Assembly: GCA_002189035.1 (NCBI GenBank)
Contig: NEEC01000009.1
Location: forward strand, 2,170,001 to 2,234,000
From: Utricularia gibba
Lineage: Eukaryota; Plantae; Magnoliophyta
Direction: 5' to 3'
DNA: 64,000 nucleotides
The notes under the pieces were generated by a model that worked only from the letters and a program-made list of their open reading frames with translations, was not told the origin of the DNA and did no database searches. How positions within the stretch are numbered: position 1 is the stretch's first letter; every line of letters starts with the position of its first letter. Made by a program: the position numbers and the translations under genes. Positions 10,791 to 24,150 of the stretch are shown here, piece after piece.

Positions 10791-13228
10791 ATGGAGGGAT
10801 TAGCCGCGAGAAACTTGGCTGCATTGGCCGTCTGTAATTTCCCAATCACGGTTTCCTCGAGGAGGAATAGGCTGAAAAATGAGTTGGGTTTCTCTATGAA
10901 TGCACAAAGATTGCAGATTGCGGCGAACCTTTGTGTCCCTCCGGCCGCTGTGAGCGGGGGAACCGAGAGTTGTTTGGAGGTTCCCGTGAAGGAAGATTTT
11001 GCGGATGAGGAAGATTACGTGAAGGCAGGTGGGTCTGAGATTTTGTTCGTTCAAATGCAGAAGGAGAAGAGCATGGATTTGCAATCAAAGCTTTCTGACA
11101 AGGTGGCTACTGTGTTACGTTTAGTTGTTGCTTAAGAATGGTTCGGTGATTCTATCTGTTTCTGTTGTTATACTCTTAGTTGCCAAGAATTTCACCTAAT
11201 GATGGAACGTTGGACTTGGTTGTAATTGGCTGTGGACCTGCTGGTTTGGCTCTGGCTGCAGAATCGGCTAAGCTAGGGTTGAATGTAGGTCTAATTGGCC
11301 CTGATCTTCCTTTTACAAATAATTATGGTGTGTGGGAGGATGAGTTTAAAGGTGCTGACTTATCTGAAGCAATTCATCTCTTTGTACACTATTTACGCAA
11401 TGCCCCTGACGCAGGATGTGTCTTTTTTCAGATCTTGGTCTAGAATGCTGCATCGAGCATGTATGGGGGGATACAATTGTGTATCTTGACGACAACAATC
11501 CAATATCCATCGGGCGTGCATATGGGCGTGTGAGTCGGCATTTGCTCCATGAAGAGTTGCTAAAAAGGTGGATGTCGATTGCCACTGTTGAAGGATCTCT
11601 CGTTCCTCATCACGTACTCTTCTGTGTTTCTTACCCTTTTATTCTTGGTAGGTGTGTTGAATCTGGCGTTTCATATCTTAGCACGAAAGTTGAAAGGATA
11701 GTTGAAGCTTCAAGTGGCCAAAGACTTGTAGAGTGTGAAGGCAATTTTGTTGTCCCTTGCAGGTGATCCTAGGCCTGATAAATTTAGTGCATGGGTCTCT
11801 CAACTGCATAACTAAATCTGGGTGGCTTGGTGCTGGAATTATAGCTGAATCATCATCATCATCACTTTGCACTTTACACTTCACAGGCTTGTGACTGTAG
11901 CATCTGGTGCAGCATCAGGGAAGTTCCTCGAGTACGATGTTGGAGGTCCAAGAGTCTCAGTCCAGACGGCGTATGGTGTTGAGGTTGAGGTAGGATTAAA
12001 GAATGCAGCTCTTCTATATGTTAGCTTTCAGTTAGAAGGGAAAGATGAGGCCAGCTTGATCCTTTCAGGTGGAAAACAGTCCATATGACCCTAACCTGAT
12101 GGTTTTCATGGATTATAGAGACTACACAAGTCACCGAGCTCAATGCCTAGAATTAGAATACCCAACATTTCTATACGCCATGCCAATGTCACCAACTAGA
12201 ATTTTCTTTGAGGTGTGATCAAAACTCCATAAGTTATAACTGTTGCACTGTAAAAGGATCCCGGTTTTTCATTTAGTAGCTGACAGAGAACCTTAACAGG
12301 AAACCTGTTTAGCCTCAAAAGACGCCATGCCATTTGAACTTCTAAAGAAAAAGCTCATGTTGAGGCTGGAGACAATGGGAGTTCGCATTGTTCAAACTTA
12401 TGAGGAGGTACCTGAATCAATCTTGATGAGTTGCAGTTATTCCTTCCTGCTGGATGGATTGCTATCGCTACATGAAACTTTGTGCAGGAGTGGTCATACA
12501 TACCTGTTGGTGGTTCCTTGCCAAACACAGAGCAAAAGAACCTAGCCTTTGGTGCAGCTGCTAGCATGGTTCACCCAGCAACAGGTACTATTACAGCATT
12601 GAAATTTGCATCATGATGAATTGGAGCAACTTCCAAACATGAACTAAGACAATGAAACACAGGCTATTCAGTGGTTAGATCCCTATCGGAAGCTCCAAAA
12701 TATGCATCTGTTATTGCAAGTATTTTGGAACGAGACAACCTAAGGAATGCAAAACAGTGGCCAAGAGCTGTTCCTGAGAATATCTCAATGCAAGGTAATG
12801 AATGACACATGAGCTTCTACACATATGTAGCAAGTACCCCTAACTGCTCACTTGCTTCAGCATGGAATGCACTTTGGCCGATAGAAAGGAAACGACAACG
12901 TGCCTTTTTTCTATTCGGATTAGCTCTCATACTGCAACTCGACACCAAAGGCATACGAACATTCTTCGACTCATTCTTCCGCCTACCTAAATGGTAAGTG
13001 TATCAAGAAACACACACTCCCCTAATCACTCGGATCATATCTCGTTTTTTCTTCCTCTGCAGGATGTCTCAAGGATTCTTGGGCTCAACACTTTCGTCTT
13101 TGGATCTGATGCTGTTTGCTTTGTACATGTTCGTGGTGGCCCCAAATGACATGAGGAAGCGCCTCATCAACCACCTTCTGTCTGATCCAACAGGGAGCAT
13201 CATGGTTAAAACTTATCTCTCTCTATAG
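10791..13228 (+). CDS. LCYE: Lycopene epsilon-cyclase
   Basis: DLVVIGCGPAGLALA (FAD binding), NNYGVWEDEF, PTFLYAMP, EEWSYIPVGGSLP, KRQRAFFLFGLALILQLD, about 10 exons, ending ...KTYLSL*. ALILQL keeps Leu at the ring-number switch position, which predicts a mono-epsilon cyclase. Confidence 0.97.
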
Positions 13229-13570
13229 ATTATTACCTTTGTAGGGGCTGAACTGTGGAAGGTTAAGGCTTTTAGTGTGCTGTTCACGATGAGAAACACA
13301 TGCCCTTGCTCTTGCCCGAATTTAGGGTTTGTATAGAAGTTAAACAGCCACTCTGTTTTGTCACTGAAACTGTAACTGTACGTCTGGTAAAAAAAAAAGT
13401 AACTTGATTCACTGCGGTAATTCCAATCCATATTTTTACCATATGTATATGAACATTGGCCACCCGAATAGTGTTGAGGGTCACTACTGAATAAATGTAT
13501 CAAGAACTCTATATGAATAAAATACATTTGTATGGACAGTGTTCACGGCAACAGTGATGAACCAAAGAGC

Positions 13571-14687
13571 TCACCTAATCCACCTCGCTTGGTAAAAAAG
13601 TAAAAACGCTCTCCACCCTATCCACCGACAACACCAAACTCCCTGATTTTATGTTGAACAATGGCTCATCAGTGCCCAACCCCCTGTGCAGTGAACACAG
13701 CTCTCAGCATATTAGCAGATCAGCATTTGAAGGAGTGAGGCCGTAATAAAGCATAATCATCAAGCAGTTTTTCGCACTGAAATTTATGTGATTTGTATGC
13801 AATGGTTCACTGGGAAGATAGCATGATCTGAGACCACGGAAGATACCCTTACCCAGAAAATTCAGGCAAAACAACTGACCACCGGAACCCGAGGTCGACT
13901 CCTGGACACAAACCAAGGGATGTTTTGTTTTTCACAGTAGACACTCTTTCTCCAAAATAATTTGATGTAAGCTTCCATTTTACTCCTGTTGCCTTCATCT
14001 CAAAGCTATGGCCTATTCCTACCTAACCATTTGAGAGCATGAGTATCTTGATCAGCTCCATAACCATGCACAAATGCACAATCTACATTAAAAAAAGGAA
14101 CACAGTAAAGCAACCAACCTGAAGACAAAGGAACTTGGTTATCGGAATTTTCCTGGATATGACTTGCACATCTTGGTCTAGGGGAGAGCATATGAACTTC
14201 CATTTCTGGTTTTCAGCTAGCGGCTTCACCACAAGCTTCGGTTTAAAATCATTCACTGTTTCATTATAGAACTGTAAAGGCAACAGCACACTCGTATTTC
14301 AGATGATTCGCACAAAACACGAGAGCTGTAATAAGCTCTCACACCTCTTAACTTTCAAAAACAAGCCCTTCACTTAATCACCCTGAATGCGAGCATAATA
14401 AAGAACGTCAATCAATCCTTTCATTTAGCCATACCTATTGGTGGAATGTGAAGTGAGTTCATTCCATGCACAATTAACTGAAAAATCGTCTCAAATAAAA
14501 CAAAACCAGAACAAAATGAAGCGACTCTACTGAAACGAAACAGCCCAAGCAGAGAATGTACCTCCAAGTTGAGACCCAGCCGGATTCCCTGAATTTCCTT
14601 CCTAAACTTGAAGAAAATCTCATTCGGAAAAAAATTCACGTGTATCCTATCCAACAAAGTGGATTCTCCATTCGAATTCCCCTCCAT
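13571..14687 (-). CDS. Conserved plant protein of unknown function (beta-strand-rich)
   Basis: Four in-frame GT-AG exons: MEGNSNGESTLLDRIHVNFF...GLNLE / FYNETV...KWKFICSPLDQDVQVISRKIPITKFLCLQ / VGIGHSF...KWKLTS...NKTSLGLCPGVDLGFRW...LPEFSG / LGTDEPLFN...DRVESV*. It resembles a conserved uncharacterised plant family. Confidence 0.8.
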
Positions 14688-16820
14688 CTTCCCGCTCCAC
14701 ACACCAAGAATCTGTTCGAAGATCAAACCTAACTACTACAAGTATCGGCGCGGGCTGGTCCGTCACGTAAATGGAATTGGGCCTGCACCGAGTCCACAAT
14801 ATACAGGCCTACGCGGCCCATAATCCCAAGCCTTTCCATAATTGCGATATGATTAGTCATGTTTTAATTGCCATATGTAACCAATTAGATTCTCCATTCG
14901 CTTTCGTTAATCACGCGATTAGTGGTTTTTTAATCGCGACATCATACTTGAGGGCTGCGCTGGCTTAACGATTATTGGTCCACTTTTGACGACTTTCTGA
15001 AAGGTGTTTCCCACTAAACTTATTATTATTATTATTAAACCTTATTTTAATAAAATTTGTGACGTGTTCCCAAAATTAGGTACAAACCACAGAGAAAACT
15101 TTGGAAATGAAGAATTAATAGCCCCGATTTTGGTTCACCAGTCCAAATTAAGCCCTAGTTTGATTGTCAATTGTGGCATGTGTCATTTTTGTTAAATAAT
15201 AGATGTTAATCATGTGTTTTGTAGAAAAGGATATTTTTTTTGTATCCAACATATTAAAATTAAGGATTCGATAAATCATACAAATTAAACTGCACTACAT
15301 AATAAACATAAATCATATTAATAAATATTAGTATCAATCAATTAATAATGATTTTATGATTTTTATATATATTTAATTATTTATTATAATAAAAAGTATT
15401 TAAATATTAGTCTAAATCAATTAATTTATTTATTATAATACCACAAATTAAAAATGTGGTAGCTGAAGAGTGGCGAGATTTGAAGTTTCAAATCATGCAA
15501 ATCTGTGTGCTGGATGCTTTTTTGAGCAGTTTTTGTTATTATTTTTCAGAAAAAAATGGGGAAGAAGCAGTGGACAGGGAAGTTGTGCATCCCTGTCAAC
15601 TGTGGTTGTCGCTCGGGAGTCAGAGATTTTTTTTGTTCATATCCTTTATCCATCCATATCTATGTGATGCAGCGACGTGCAGCCTAATTCAATCAACGGG
15701 GAGCTTCGTCCCCGCCGTCAATGGCCGAGAAAAATGGGTTTGCATGGAAGAAAACTGGAGTCCCGTTAAACTCTGTGGTCGTTTTTGGCACCCTCTTTAG
15801 ATACCCATTTTTGAATACCGAGCGAGCGCACTGAGTGACCCTCCACCGGCCGTCGTTTCCTTTCCTGCAACTTGCTTGTCGCTTCTGTGTGACTTGACCA
15901 GTGTTTCCTGGGTTGAATCGGATCCCTCAGTCTCCCAGGGAATTGCGTTGCGTATCTCCAAGTGGCTTCCATGGAGCCAGCTCACGCATAGCTCATCTAT
16001 CAATTATTGCAGATTGATTTATGATCGTCTCCCATGTGCGCCATGGCAGCGGTTGTTGCACTTCTAACTGCTAAATTAAAACAACCTGTGTGACTGATTG
16101 ATTTATTCATTCATTCATTCTCACGCCCTTCTCTGCTTCTGTGATCCATCTTTTCACTTGGAGAAAGCACCTTCCTGTTCCATGCTTGGAGCCCAAAATG
16201 CATGGGGCCAAAGCTATAGAACCTCTATTCATGGCTTCAAGTATACAGTTGTATCCACGCACTCTACTGCGCTTACAGAGGTTACCACTCTGTGTGTTCC
16301 TACAGTGTGATATATGCATCCTAACCACCCTCTGATTAGGACACACATTGCGATCCTAAGCCTTGGGATTGTTAAAGCAACCCCAGGGACGAAAGCGAAA
16401 CTATAGGACCAGTGGACGAGGGAATACAGCCGGGTCACTCGTTTACCCACATGGGTTTGTTTCATTATGATGCGTTACAGAACCAAGCACACGCTCATCC
16501 GATCCTGAATTTCAATACTGTGAGCATCCGCTAGGGTTTTAGGAGACAGAAGAGACACTAAGGGCATACTCCATGTTCAGCAAAGAAGATAAATAGATTC
16601 AAGCTCCCAGTTACATGATCATTCGAGCATTCGACTGTCATGCTTCAGAGAGAGGTCAGTGTCACCAATCTGAGTCAATTTCTCAAGCAGTGGCGGGTAG
16701 CCTATCCAAAACAACGCTGCCATACCCTGGGCGTGTCTATAAATGAGAGTGCCCAGTTATTCCCCATTGTCCACACCAGTAACGGGAGAGCAGAGAAGAA
16801 AAGGGAAAGAGTTGGGAAGC

Positions 16821-18868
16821 ATGACTCCTCCATCAAAACCCAGCCTTTTGATCCCCATCCTCCTGTCTCTTGCTTTCCTCGCCGCATCTCCAGCTGCCTC
16901 CTCGCCAACCGTCAATGAGGCGGCGGCGATGATCGAACGCAACCGCACGGCGTTGTCTGTGGGAAAGATGGCCACCGCAAATCCTCAGACCGCCGATTTA
17001 ATATCCGCACTCCTTCAGAAGGCCATCCAGGAGACGACCTTGCCGTGGAACTACTTCGACGGTCCCGTCGCCGCCAGTTCTCTTGGCGCATCTCCCGCCG
17101 GTATTTTTCAAGTTTATTTCCTTTTTTTTTATTTTTACTTAAATAATATGAGGAATTTTCCATGAATGTCGAAACTAGTCAACTTGGACATGCATCCAAA
17201 CGTGTCGTACTTGTTGCTATTGTACGACCCCCGATAAAAATCTAAAATCAATATTTTTAATGTATGGGTTATTAAATGCATGATGTTCATAGTAATATGT
17301 ATTTAATTTTATTATCGATGTCATGTTTTTGCTACTATTTGACTTAGATTATGTGTTGCTATGTAAGGTTGGCTACTGTTACATTATGTTTCATACATTT
17401 AAACAAAAAAAATACGCATCATTTTTTTCTAATTAATCATTGTTGTGTGTTTGTGACGACAGATTGGTGCCGTGAGCTGACGGAGATGTCGTTACAGAGA
17501 TTGAATCAAGCGCTCACCGCCTTCGAGAGGTCGCCGGAGGACGGCAAGGCGGACATCCAGACATGGCTAAGCGCCGCCATCACCTTCCATGAGACATGCA
17601 AAGATGAGGCTGAAGCTCATGGCTTGGCCGATCCTCACATGGCCAAAATCTACGAGAAGATGGAATACTTGTCGAAACTCGTTAGTAACGCCTTAGCCAT
17701 GCTGAACAGCCATATCCCCCAAACATTTAATGGAAGTGGCTCTCCGGCGAGCCACAGCGCTGATGATGAAGGATTTCCGAGCTGGGTGTCGCCGGCTAAC
17801 AGAAAGCTCCTCCAGGCCACGGCGGTGAAAGCAAATGTTGTTGTCGCGAAAGACGGGAGCGGGAACTTCAGGACGGTGACTGAGGCACTCAACGCCGCCA
17901 CCGGCGGCCGATTCGTGATTTACGTGAAAGCAGGAGTTTACAATGAGAAGATTAAGATCAAGAAGAATGGGATCACGTTGATCGGCGACGGAAAATACTC
18001 CACGATCATAACCAGCGGCAGCAGCGTCGGCGGTGGCACATCGCTACGTGGCAGCGCAACCTTCAGTAAGTTCATTTTACATTTTAAATTCCTGAATTAC
18101 AATTTATTTAATTCTTGATTGCTTATATATAATTTATTTATTTTAAATATATTGCTTTATAAATTCTATAGTGATCATCGGAGATGGATTCATTGCAAAG
18201 GACATCGGGTTTCAGAACGTGGCCGGCCCGGAAAAACACCAAGCAATCGCGTTAGCGGTTATCTCCGATCGATCGGTGCTCTATCGGTGCAGCATCTCCG
18301 GCTATCAGGACACACTCTACGCGCACTCACTTCGACAATTTTACCGGGAATGCGACATCCAAGGAACAGTTGATTTCATATTTGGCAATGCCGCAGCCGT
18401 CTTCCAAAGCTGCACTTTGGTCCTCCGCCGCCCCGATCCGGAGGCGCGTACAATACCATCCTGGCGCACGGCCGGAGCGATCCGGGGCAGAACACCGGGT
18501 TCAGCGTGCAGGGCAGCAAGATCGTCGTCGGCTCCGACTTTGCACCCCTAAAAAACAAGTACAATTCCTACCTCGGCCGGCCGTGGAAGGCCTATTCCAG
18601 GTCCGTCGTCATGACGTCGGACATCGACGGGGCGATCGCGAGACGAGGGTGGATCGAGTGGGACGGTGCCGGCAGCTCGACTTACAGGACGTTGTACTAC
18701 GCCGAGTATGCCAACACGGGAGCCGGGGCGGCGACTTCCGGCAGGGTGAATTGGCCGGGGTATCATGTAATTGCTATGGCGGACGCGTCCAAGTTCACGG
18801 TGTCGGCCTTCATCGGAGGCAACTCGTGGCTGCCGTCGACCGGCGTCGACTTCGCACCCGGTCTGTGA
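16821..18868 (+). CDS. PME: Type I pectin methylesterase (signal peptide + PMEI pro-domain + PME), with an apparent 1-bp frameshift at ~18431
   Basis: Signal peptide; [16 protein letters not shown]; RKLL processing site; [10 protein letters not shown]; QAIAL; YQDTLY; [12 protein letters not shown]; [10 protein letters not shown]. The frame shifts at the C run at 18431-18434 and resumes as [23 protein letters not shown]. Confidence 0.9.
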
Positions 18869-19172
18869 TATTAAAGCAACCCAGAATTCTCGTTTTATGG
18901 TTTGTATATGGGCCCCACTCTCTATGACCCACTACTGAATATGTAAAGCCAGCAAATTATATAATTTTAGGCAATTTCTCACAATATAATAAAATACGGG
19001 ATTTTTAAATTTATTTGTAATATAATAATAATATGTTCATTTATAAAATAATTATGTAATACTTATAATTATTATTTTCCATGGACGAGATTCAACGCAG
19101 AGTCAAGGATTCAGAGCAGTTTGTTAAAGAAATGCTTGTTTACCGAGAAGCAGAGCGATGAGGATATGGAAA

Positions 19173-20111
19173 CTAGCGTTTGCAGGTCCTGCAGTAGTGA
19201 TCCTTGATGGGAGTCCCGCAGTTGTAGCAGAAGGTATTCCCACATCTGCATCTCATGAACAAACAGCCATCAGATTTCTCGACGAAGAACCTGCATCTGG
19301 AGCATCTTCTCCATTTCTGGTTTGCCGCAAGAGTCAGCAGCATTATGTCCTCATCTCCCCTTTCATCGTCCCCAAGCTTCTGAAACTCAGAGCAATCAAT
19401 GCCGGCGTGCCAGGGGACCCTGCAGTCAGCGCAAAACGGCCTTTTGCAATGTGGACACTCAGTCTCAGCAGCGACACCACAGTCCCGATTCCGGTCATCG
19501 ATTAGCAACGCCGAGCAATCCTTGTGAGGACAGTACAGTTTATGTGCTCCCAGAATCAGAGCTTCACACAAGGCATCGCTCCAACGATCAAAAACTTCCC
19601 GTGGAAGAAGAGGGCCACAGTTATGGGGCTGCAGTACACCGAAACACCCAGAAACAGGGCAGTTTATAGTCGTGATGTTATCCTGCAACCTTGCGGCAAC
19701 ATACTTAGCGATGCAATCGGAACAATAGGAATGCCGGCAACCCAGCTTGCGAAATAAATCATTTATAGGCTTCTCATCGACACAAATTTCGCACATGAAG
19801 GTCAATGGGGCGTCAATTTGGGGGCCTCTTGGAGTTTCGGAGTTGGAAGACTCGCCAATGTAAACCCTTCTCTTGCTGCCGGGCACTGAACGATACACCT
19901 CCACATCGCCATCAAAATAAACCGACTTTTTGGATGGGCCGGCGAGCAAGTTTGGTGGAAATGAGTACTGCGCAACAACAATCCCCTCCAGTTTACTTGT
20001 ACCCTTCTTAGCGGTTGCCTTGATCTCGTAAAGAAAGAGGATTTCTTCGTCGTCGGTTATCCCACCGGACAAATTTCTGTGTAACGGAGGATTCATTACT
20101 CCGGCAGCCAT
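19173..20111 (-). CDS. RBR (RING1-IBR-RING2) E3 ubiquitin ligase, RSL1/RNF144-like
   Basis: Intronless 312-aa ORF: CEIC...CRHSYCSDC...CPVSGC (RING1), YCPHKDCSAL...ECPHCKRPFCADCRVPWH (IBR), WRRCSRC...EKSDGCLFMRCRCG...FCYNC (RING2). Confidence 0.95.
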   Translation of the reverse strand: MAAGVMNPPLHRNLSGGITDDEEILFLYEIKATAKKGTSKLEGIVVAQYSFPPNLLAGPSKKSVYFDGDVEVYRSVPGSKRRVYIGESSNSETPRGPQIDAPLTFMCEICVDEKPINDLFRKLGCRHSYCSDCIAKYVAARLQDNITTINCPVSGCFGVLQPHNCGPLLPREVFDRWSDALCEALILGAHKLYCPHKDCSALLIDDRNRDCGVAAETECPHCKRPFCADCRVPWHAGIDCSEFQKLGDDERGDEDIMLLTLAANQKWRRCSRCRFFVEKSDGCLFMRCRCGNTFCYNCGTPIKDHYCRTCKR

Positions 20112-20672
20112 TTGGAGTAATCTTGATCAATCAATCAATCACCAACTAAAACGGCATACTTGCGGCTCCCCGTTTATAAAACTCATCCGGGATTTTGATC
20201 GGAGAAGAGGTACTTCATGAGCAGCAACGCCTCGGTGTCAGGAAATCCTCTGTACAAGAGAATTTATCAGCCTCGGGGAACAAGAATTTGAGGGGGTTTT
20301 AGCATCCCGAGTGAGGAAATCTCGCTGGCTCCCACAGAATCCTTGGTGGGAATGCGAATCATCGCCAAAACCTCTAAGCATTCTTGGATCTGATTTAGAG
20401 CTAAAAAAACGAACGGCCATTTAATTCAAATGTGCGACAAGGAATCTTTTTTTTTTTTTTTGGTTTTTGTGTAAGAAGAACAAACCGACTGCTTAAAACT
20501 CCAAACAATGGATCCCACTTGAGATCCTCGTTCTACCAAATAAAATTGGCTCCTTGCCCAGTGGAACACAATGCTGCCACACAAGCAGTTAGCCCAGTAA
20601 GAAGGTAACATTTTCAGATGCCGCGTGCAACAAAGATACAGTCACTCTATGTAGATCGGATTTGAAAATCAA

Positions 20673-22071
20673 TCATCCCAGGATGGGAAAGATTCGAGCA
20701 AGATGCTGTAATGGAACCTCGTTTACGATGCCCTTCTTGAGCTCTGGGTGATTGAATTCAGAGGGAGGGAGGATGATGAATTGGCCTTCTGGTTTACTGT
20801 CAATCAGCCATCCAGATTTGGCGACACGTTGGTCGATGAAATTGTCAAGGGCCAAGCCTTCCATATTGACAGCCTGCAAGAAAAAAAAAAAAGGACCTTC
20901 ACAAAGGCTTCGAAAAAATACATACCAACACAAGCAATTGTCACACACCGCAGCAAGAACAGATCTTGGTACTCGTTGGTACGTCAGTGAAAGCACGTGA
21001 ACTGCATAAGCTTGGATGGCTTGATCAAAACCTTTGCGTACCATAAACAGACGTCACATTAAGAGCACAGAGAAAAGAAAACTCGCACACATAAGGATGA
21101 AGCACAAAAAAAAAAACAGAGGTATTATAATCCTTGATACCTGGTACAGCCTCTAGCATGTGGCGGTTTTTGGCAGCTTCCTCCCAGAACTGATGGAACC
21201 TGGCAGTCTGGAAAGGAAGTTTCTTATCATAAGAACAACGAGCATGAAGCAGAAGAAATCTAAAATGTAAGGAAATTTTACCTCCAAGTAGTGTGAAAGA
21301 ACTATAAGGGTCTTAAATTGTTCCTCCATTTGCTAGAATTCGAAAGAGAGGAAAATTGCAAGTTAGGGTGGTTAGAGAAAAACCCAAAATTGAAACACCC
21401 TAGTCTATGAGTAGGGAAAATTATAGACAAAAAATAAAATTTGGGGATCCAGAATCTATACAATCACAAGTGTCTCAAAAAAAAAAAAAAAAAGTTACCA
21501 CTCTCTCAGGAATCAGAAAGAGGCAAAGGCTGAAATCGGGTGCGGGCATTGCCATTAAAGCCTGCAAACAACGCCAATGCAGATACATTCAAATAAGAGA
21601 AGAAAGACGATGGATGTTGCTATGTCACCTATGTCAAACACCTTGATTAGAATCCGGGCTACAATCGGGATCCTCATTTTGTCCGGCTCAAACTGCAGAA
21701 TCAGTAAAATCACCCACAAATTAAGCAACGAAAGAAAACATTCGCAGCTCCTCGAAAGATAAACATGTATCATCGAAAACAAAACAAGACATAGAAATAC
21801 AGGAAAACCTGATAGAGGCGCAGCAGGCTAAGGTTCGCATTCAAGCTATAAGTTTGAGATGAGACCTAGAGTAAACTCAAATGGTAACCAAACGTGATAT
21901 AAAAAATGCAACAGCGAAGTAGACTGAAGAAAACACTATAGTTTCATCAAAACTCACTTGTTCGTTGACATAGTTTTCGAGATCGGGGAGGATTTCGGGG
22001 CTGTAAGGATTGACGGCTATCATTTGATCCACCGTGTAGGAAGCCGGCGACTGCTGCTTCTGATTCGCCAT
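20673..22071 (-). CDS. eIF3K: Eukaryotic translation initiation factor 3 subunit K
   Basis: NPYSPEILPDLENYVNEQ / VSSQTYSLNANL / FEPDKM / ALMAMPAPDFSLCLFLIPERV / QMEEQFKTL / FHQFWEEAAKNRH / ...LQHLARIFPILG*; 8 exons. Confidence 0.96.
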
Positions 22072-22630
22072 CGTATCGCTGTATCTCTATCCCTATTTTC
22101 CACCAAATTCGCCAATTTAGGGTTCCTGAAACAACCTTCACTCCCCAAATCCCAGGCCCTAGTCCATCAATTGAAGCCCAAGCGAGGAACCGTGGCCCAT
22201 TTTCCTTGTCAAAATAAAAAAGAAACACTTGGAAATAAAATATTACAAGGCAACAACTTTTAAATATTGTCCAATTGGGCTTGTGCCTATTTTTTGGAAG
22301 CAACCTGGAGGGCGCGAACTTAATGTTTTATTGGCATATTTAGGACGGCAGATAAAAAAAAAATATTTACAGATGAATATTCTCATGATGTTTTTATAGA
22401 ATAAATATGAAACTATCATAAACTTTGATAATTTTTAGACGAACACGTTTTTTTGATGCAGAAGTATGTTTTTTTGGAACCGCCATTTAACTTAAAATTA
22501 AGAGAACTTTAAATCTTATAATTGAAAAAAAAACTTTTAAATAGTGTTATTAAGACATTTTTATTTCAATAACCAGAAAAATTATCGTCAATTATTTGAA
22601 GGCAAAAGCAATGTAATGATTTGGGAACCA

Positions 22631-22769
22631 ACGTGGCACGTTAACCACGAGCGGAAATAGGAGAAACAGCCCGGTTGTTTCCCGGTTCACACCTCACACT
22701 CAACAAAGCATTGCAAAAACAAAAATGGACGCGTCCAGCAATCAGAGTGTCCAAACTGCGCCACGTGTC
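22631..22769 (+). promoter_or_regulatory. Two ABRE/G-box elements upstream of the ERF
   Basis: ACGTGGC at 22631 and GCCACGTGTC at 22760. Confidence 0.55.
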
Positions 22770-22937
22770 CGAATCGTTGAAGCTGGACGCGGCTTCTTTG
22801 ACTCCCTCTGACTCCTCACTGGACGAAACTCAACTCCGTATATATGTGGATGGCGAGCCACCATTTCTCCTCGTCAGCTCCTAAGATTCCAACAGCAGAA
22901 AAAGAATCTTTCACTCTCACAGCCCAGTTTCTGGATA

Positions 22938-23567
22938 ATGTATCGATCGCCATCGCCGTCGCCGTCGTCCCAGGAGAGCTCCCCGTCCTCCGCCGCCGGT
23001 GTCAAGTACAGAGGCGTCAGGAAGCGCAAGTGGGGGAAATACGTGTCGGAAATTAGGCTACCCAATAGCAGGGAGAGGATTTGGCTCGGCTCCTACGACA
23101 CGGCGGAACAAGCAGCGCGAGCCTTCGACGCGGCGCTCTACTGCCTCAGGGGCCGCAGCGCCAAGTTCAATTTCCCCGACACTCCGCCGGAGATAGACAA
23201 CGGTAGGTCTATGAGCCCCGCCGAGATACAGGTTGCAGCGGCGCATTTCGCGTACGCGGATTCCGGCGCCCAAGCCGAATCGGATCTGGTCGGTGCATCC
23301 GAATCTCGTTCCGGTTCTTTTGAAGGTGAAATTACGGAAATGTCTCTGGTTGACAATTACAGCACGTGTTTTGATGGTGCCAATGGTTTCATGGAGCTGG
23401 GGTCATTTTCAGAGTTCGACTCTTATTGGGATAGACCCATGACGCCGTCGCTGCTCCCGCCGGCGGGTTTCCCGGAGAACCATGAGCATGTTTTTAGCTC
23501 GGCGAGTTTCCCGGAGAACGATGAGCATGTTTTTAGCTCAGGGAGCTCATTCCTTTGGAACTTTTGA
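22938..23567 (+). CDS. AP2/ERF transcription factor, DREB A-5 (ERF016-018-like)
   Basis: Intronless. [44 protein letters not shown]; C-terminal FLWNF motif. Confidence 0.95.
   Translation: MYRSPSPSPSSQESSPSSAAGVKYRGVRKRKWGKYVSEIRLPNSRERIWLGSYDTAEQAARAFDAALYCLRGRSAKFNFPDTPPEIDNGRSMSPAEIQVAAAHFAYADSGAQAESDLVGASESRSGSFEGEITEMSLVDNYSTCFDGANGFMELGSFSEFDSYWDRPMTPSLLPPAGFPENHEHVFSSASFPENDEHVFSSGSSFLWNF
23461..23538 (+). repeat. In-frame 39-bp tandem duplication within the ERF C-terminus
   Basis: cggcgggtttcccggagaaccatgagcatgtttttagct followed by cggcgagtttcccggagaacgatgagcatgtttttagct (2 mismatches). Confidence 0.95.
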
Positions 23568-24150
23568 GACATGTGTCTGTACACCCCCTATCCCATGCCT
23601 CGAATGTACTAGAGGAAAAAATATCTACTTCTCCCACATCGGAAAAAAACAATAAAAACGGGAAGAATTCTCTATATAAACCTCTTGCTTGTACACATAC
23701 GATCGAAATGAATTCATCACTCTACCAATCCTGTTGCGATCAACTTTCAATATCAGATTCACAGAAATCTGGTACAATTATGTTTTTTTTTTTAAATATA
23801 GACGGTCACAAACCGAACCTTTTTGCAAAGGAATTCCGTGCAATCTTCGCTCCTATTATGATGGCATTTGATGGTAGAAGATGTGTTTCATCACAATTTT
23901 GCCAACTGTTCATCAATCCCGCTGCTCTTCGTTATCTGTACGAGTTTCTTAACTCAAGTCATGAGTTTTTCTCGAATGAAATTATACATCAGTCTTAGAT
24001 ATGATATCGCTTTACGGTTTTCTAGGATTTTAAAATATTGTTACAAATATGTCTGAATATTCCAAACCAGACGGTAACACAAGTCGTTACAATTGAAGAA
24101 AACTGGATAATGCAGAACTTGGTCACTCCCAATCTCAAGCGAAGGGGAAA

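Noticed and set aside
15639-15647. ATATCCTTT (perfect AT-AC U12 donor consensus)
   Set aside because: No host exon upstream and no matching branch site or AC acceptor identified.
15962-15982. miR160-target-like string TGGCTTCCATGGAGCCAGCTC
   Set aside because: About 6 mismatches out of 21, no known host transcript on that strand and no hairpin.
19240-19280. RBR RING2 reads GCLFM instead of GCxHM
   Set aside because: An aromatic residue at this His position is common in plant RSL1-like RBRs as I recall. The catalytic Cys is present.
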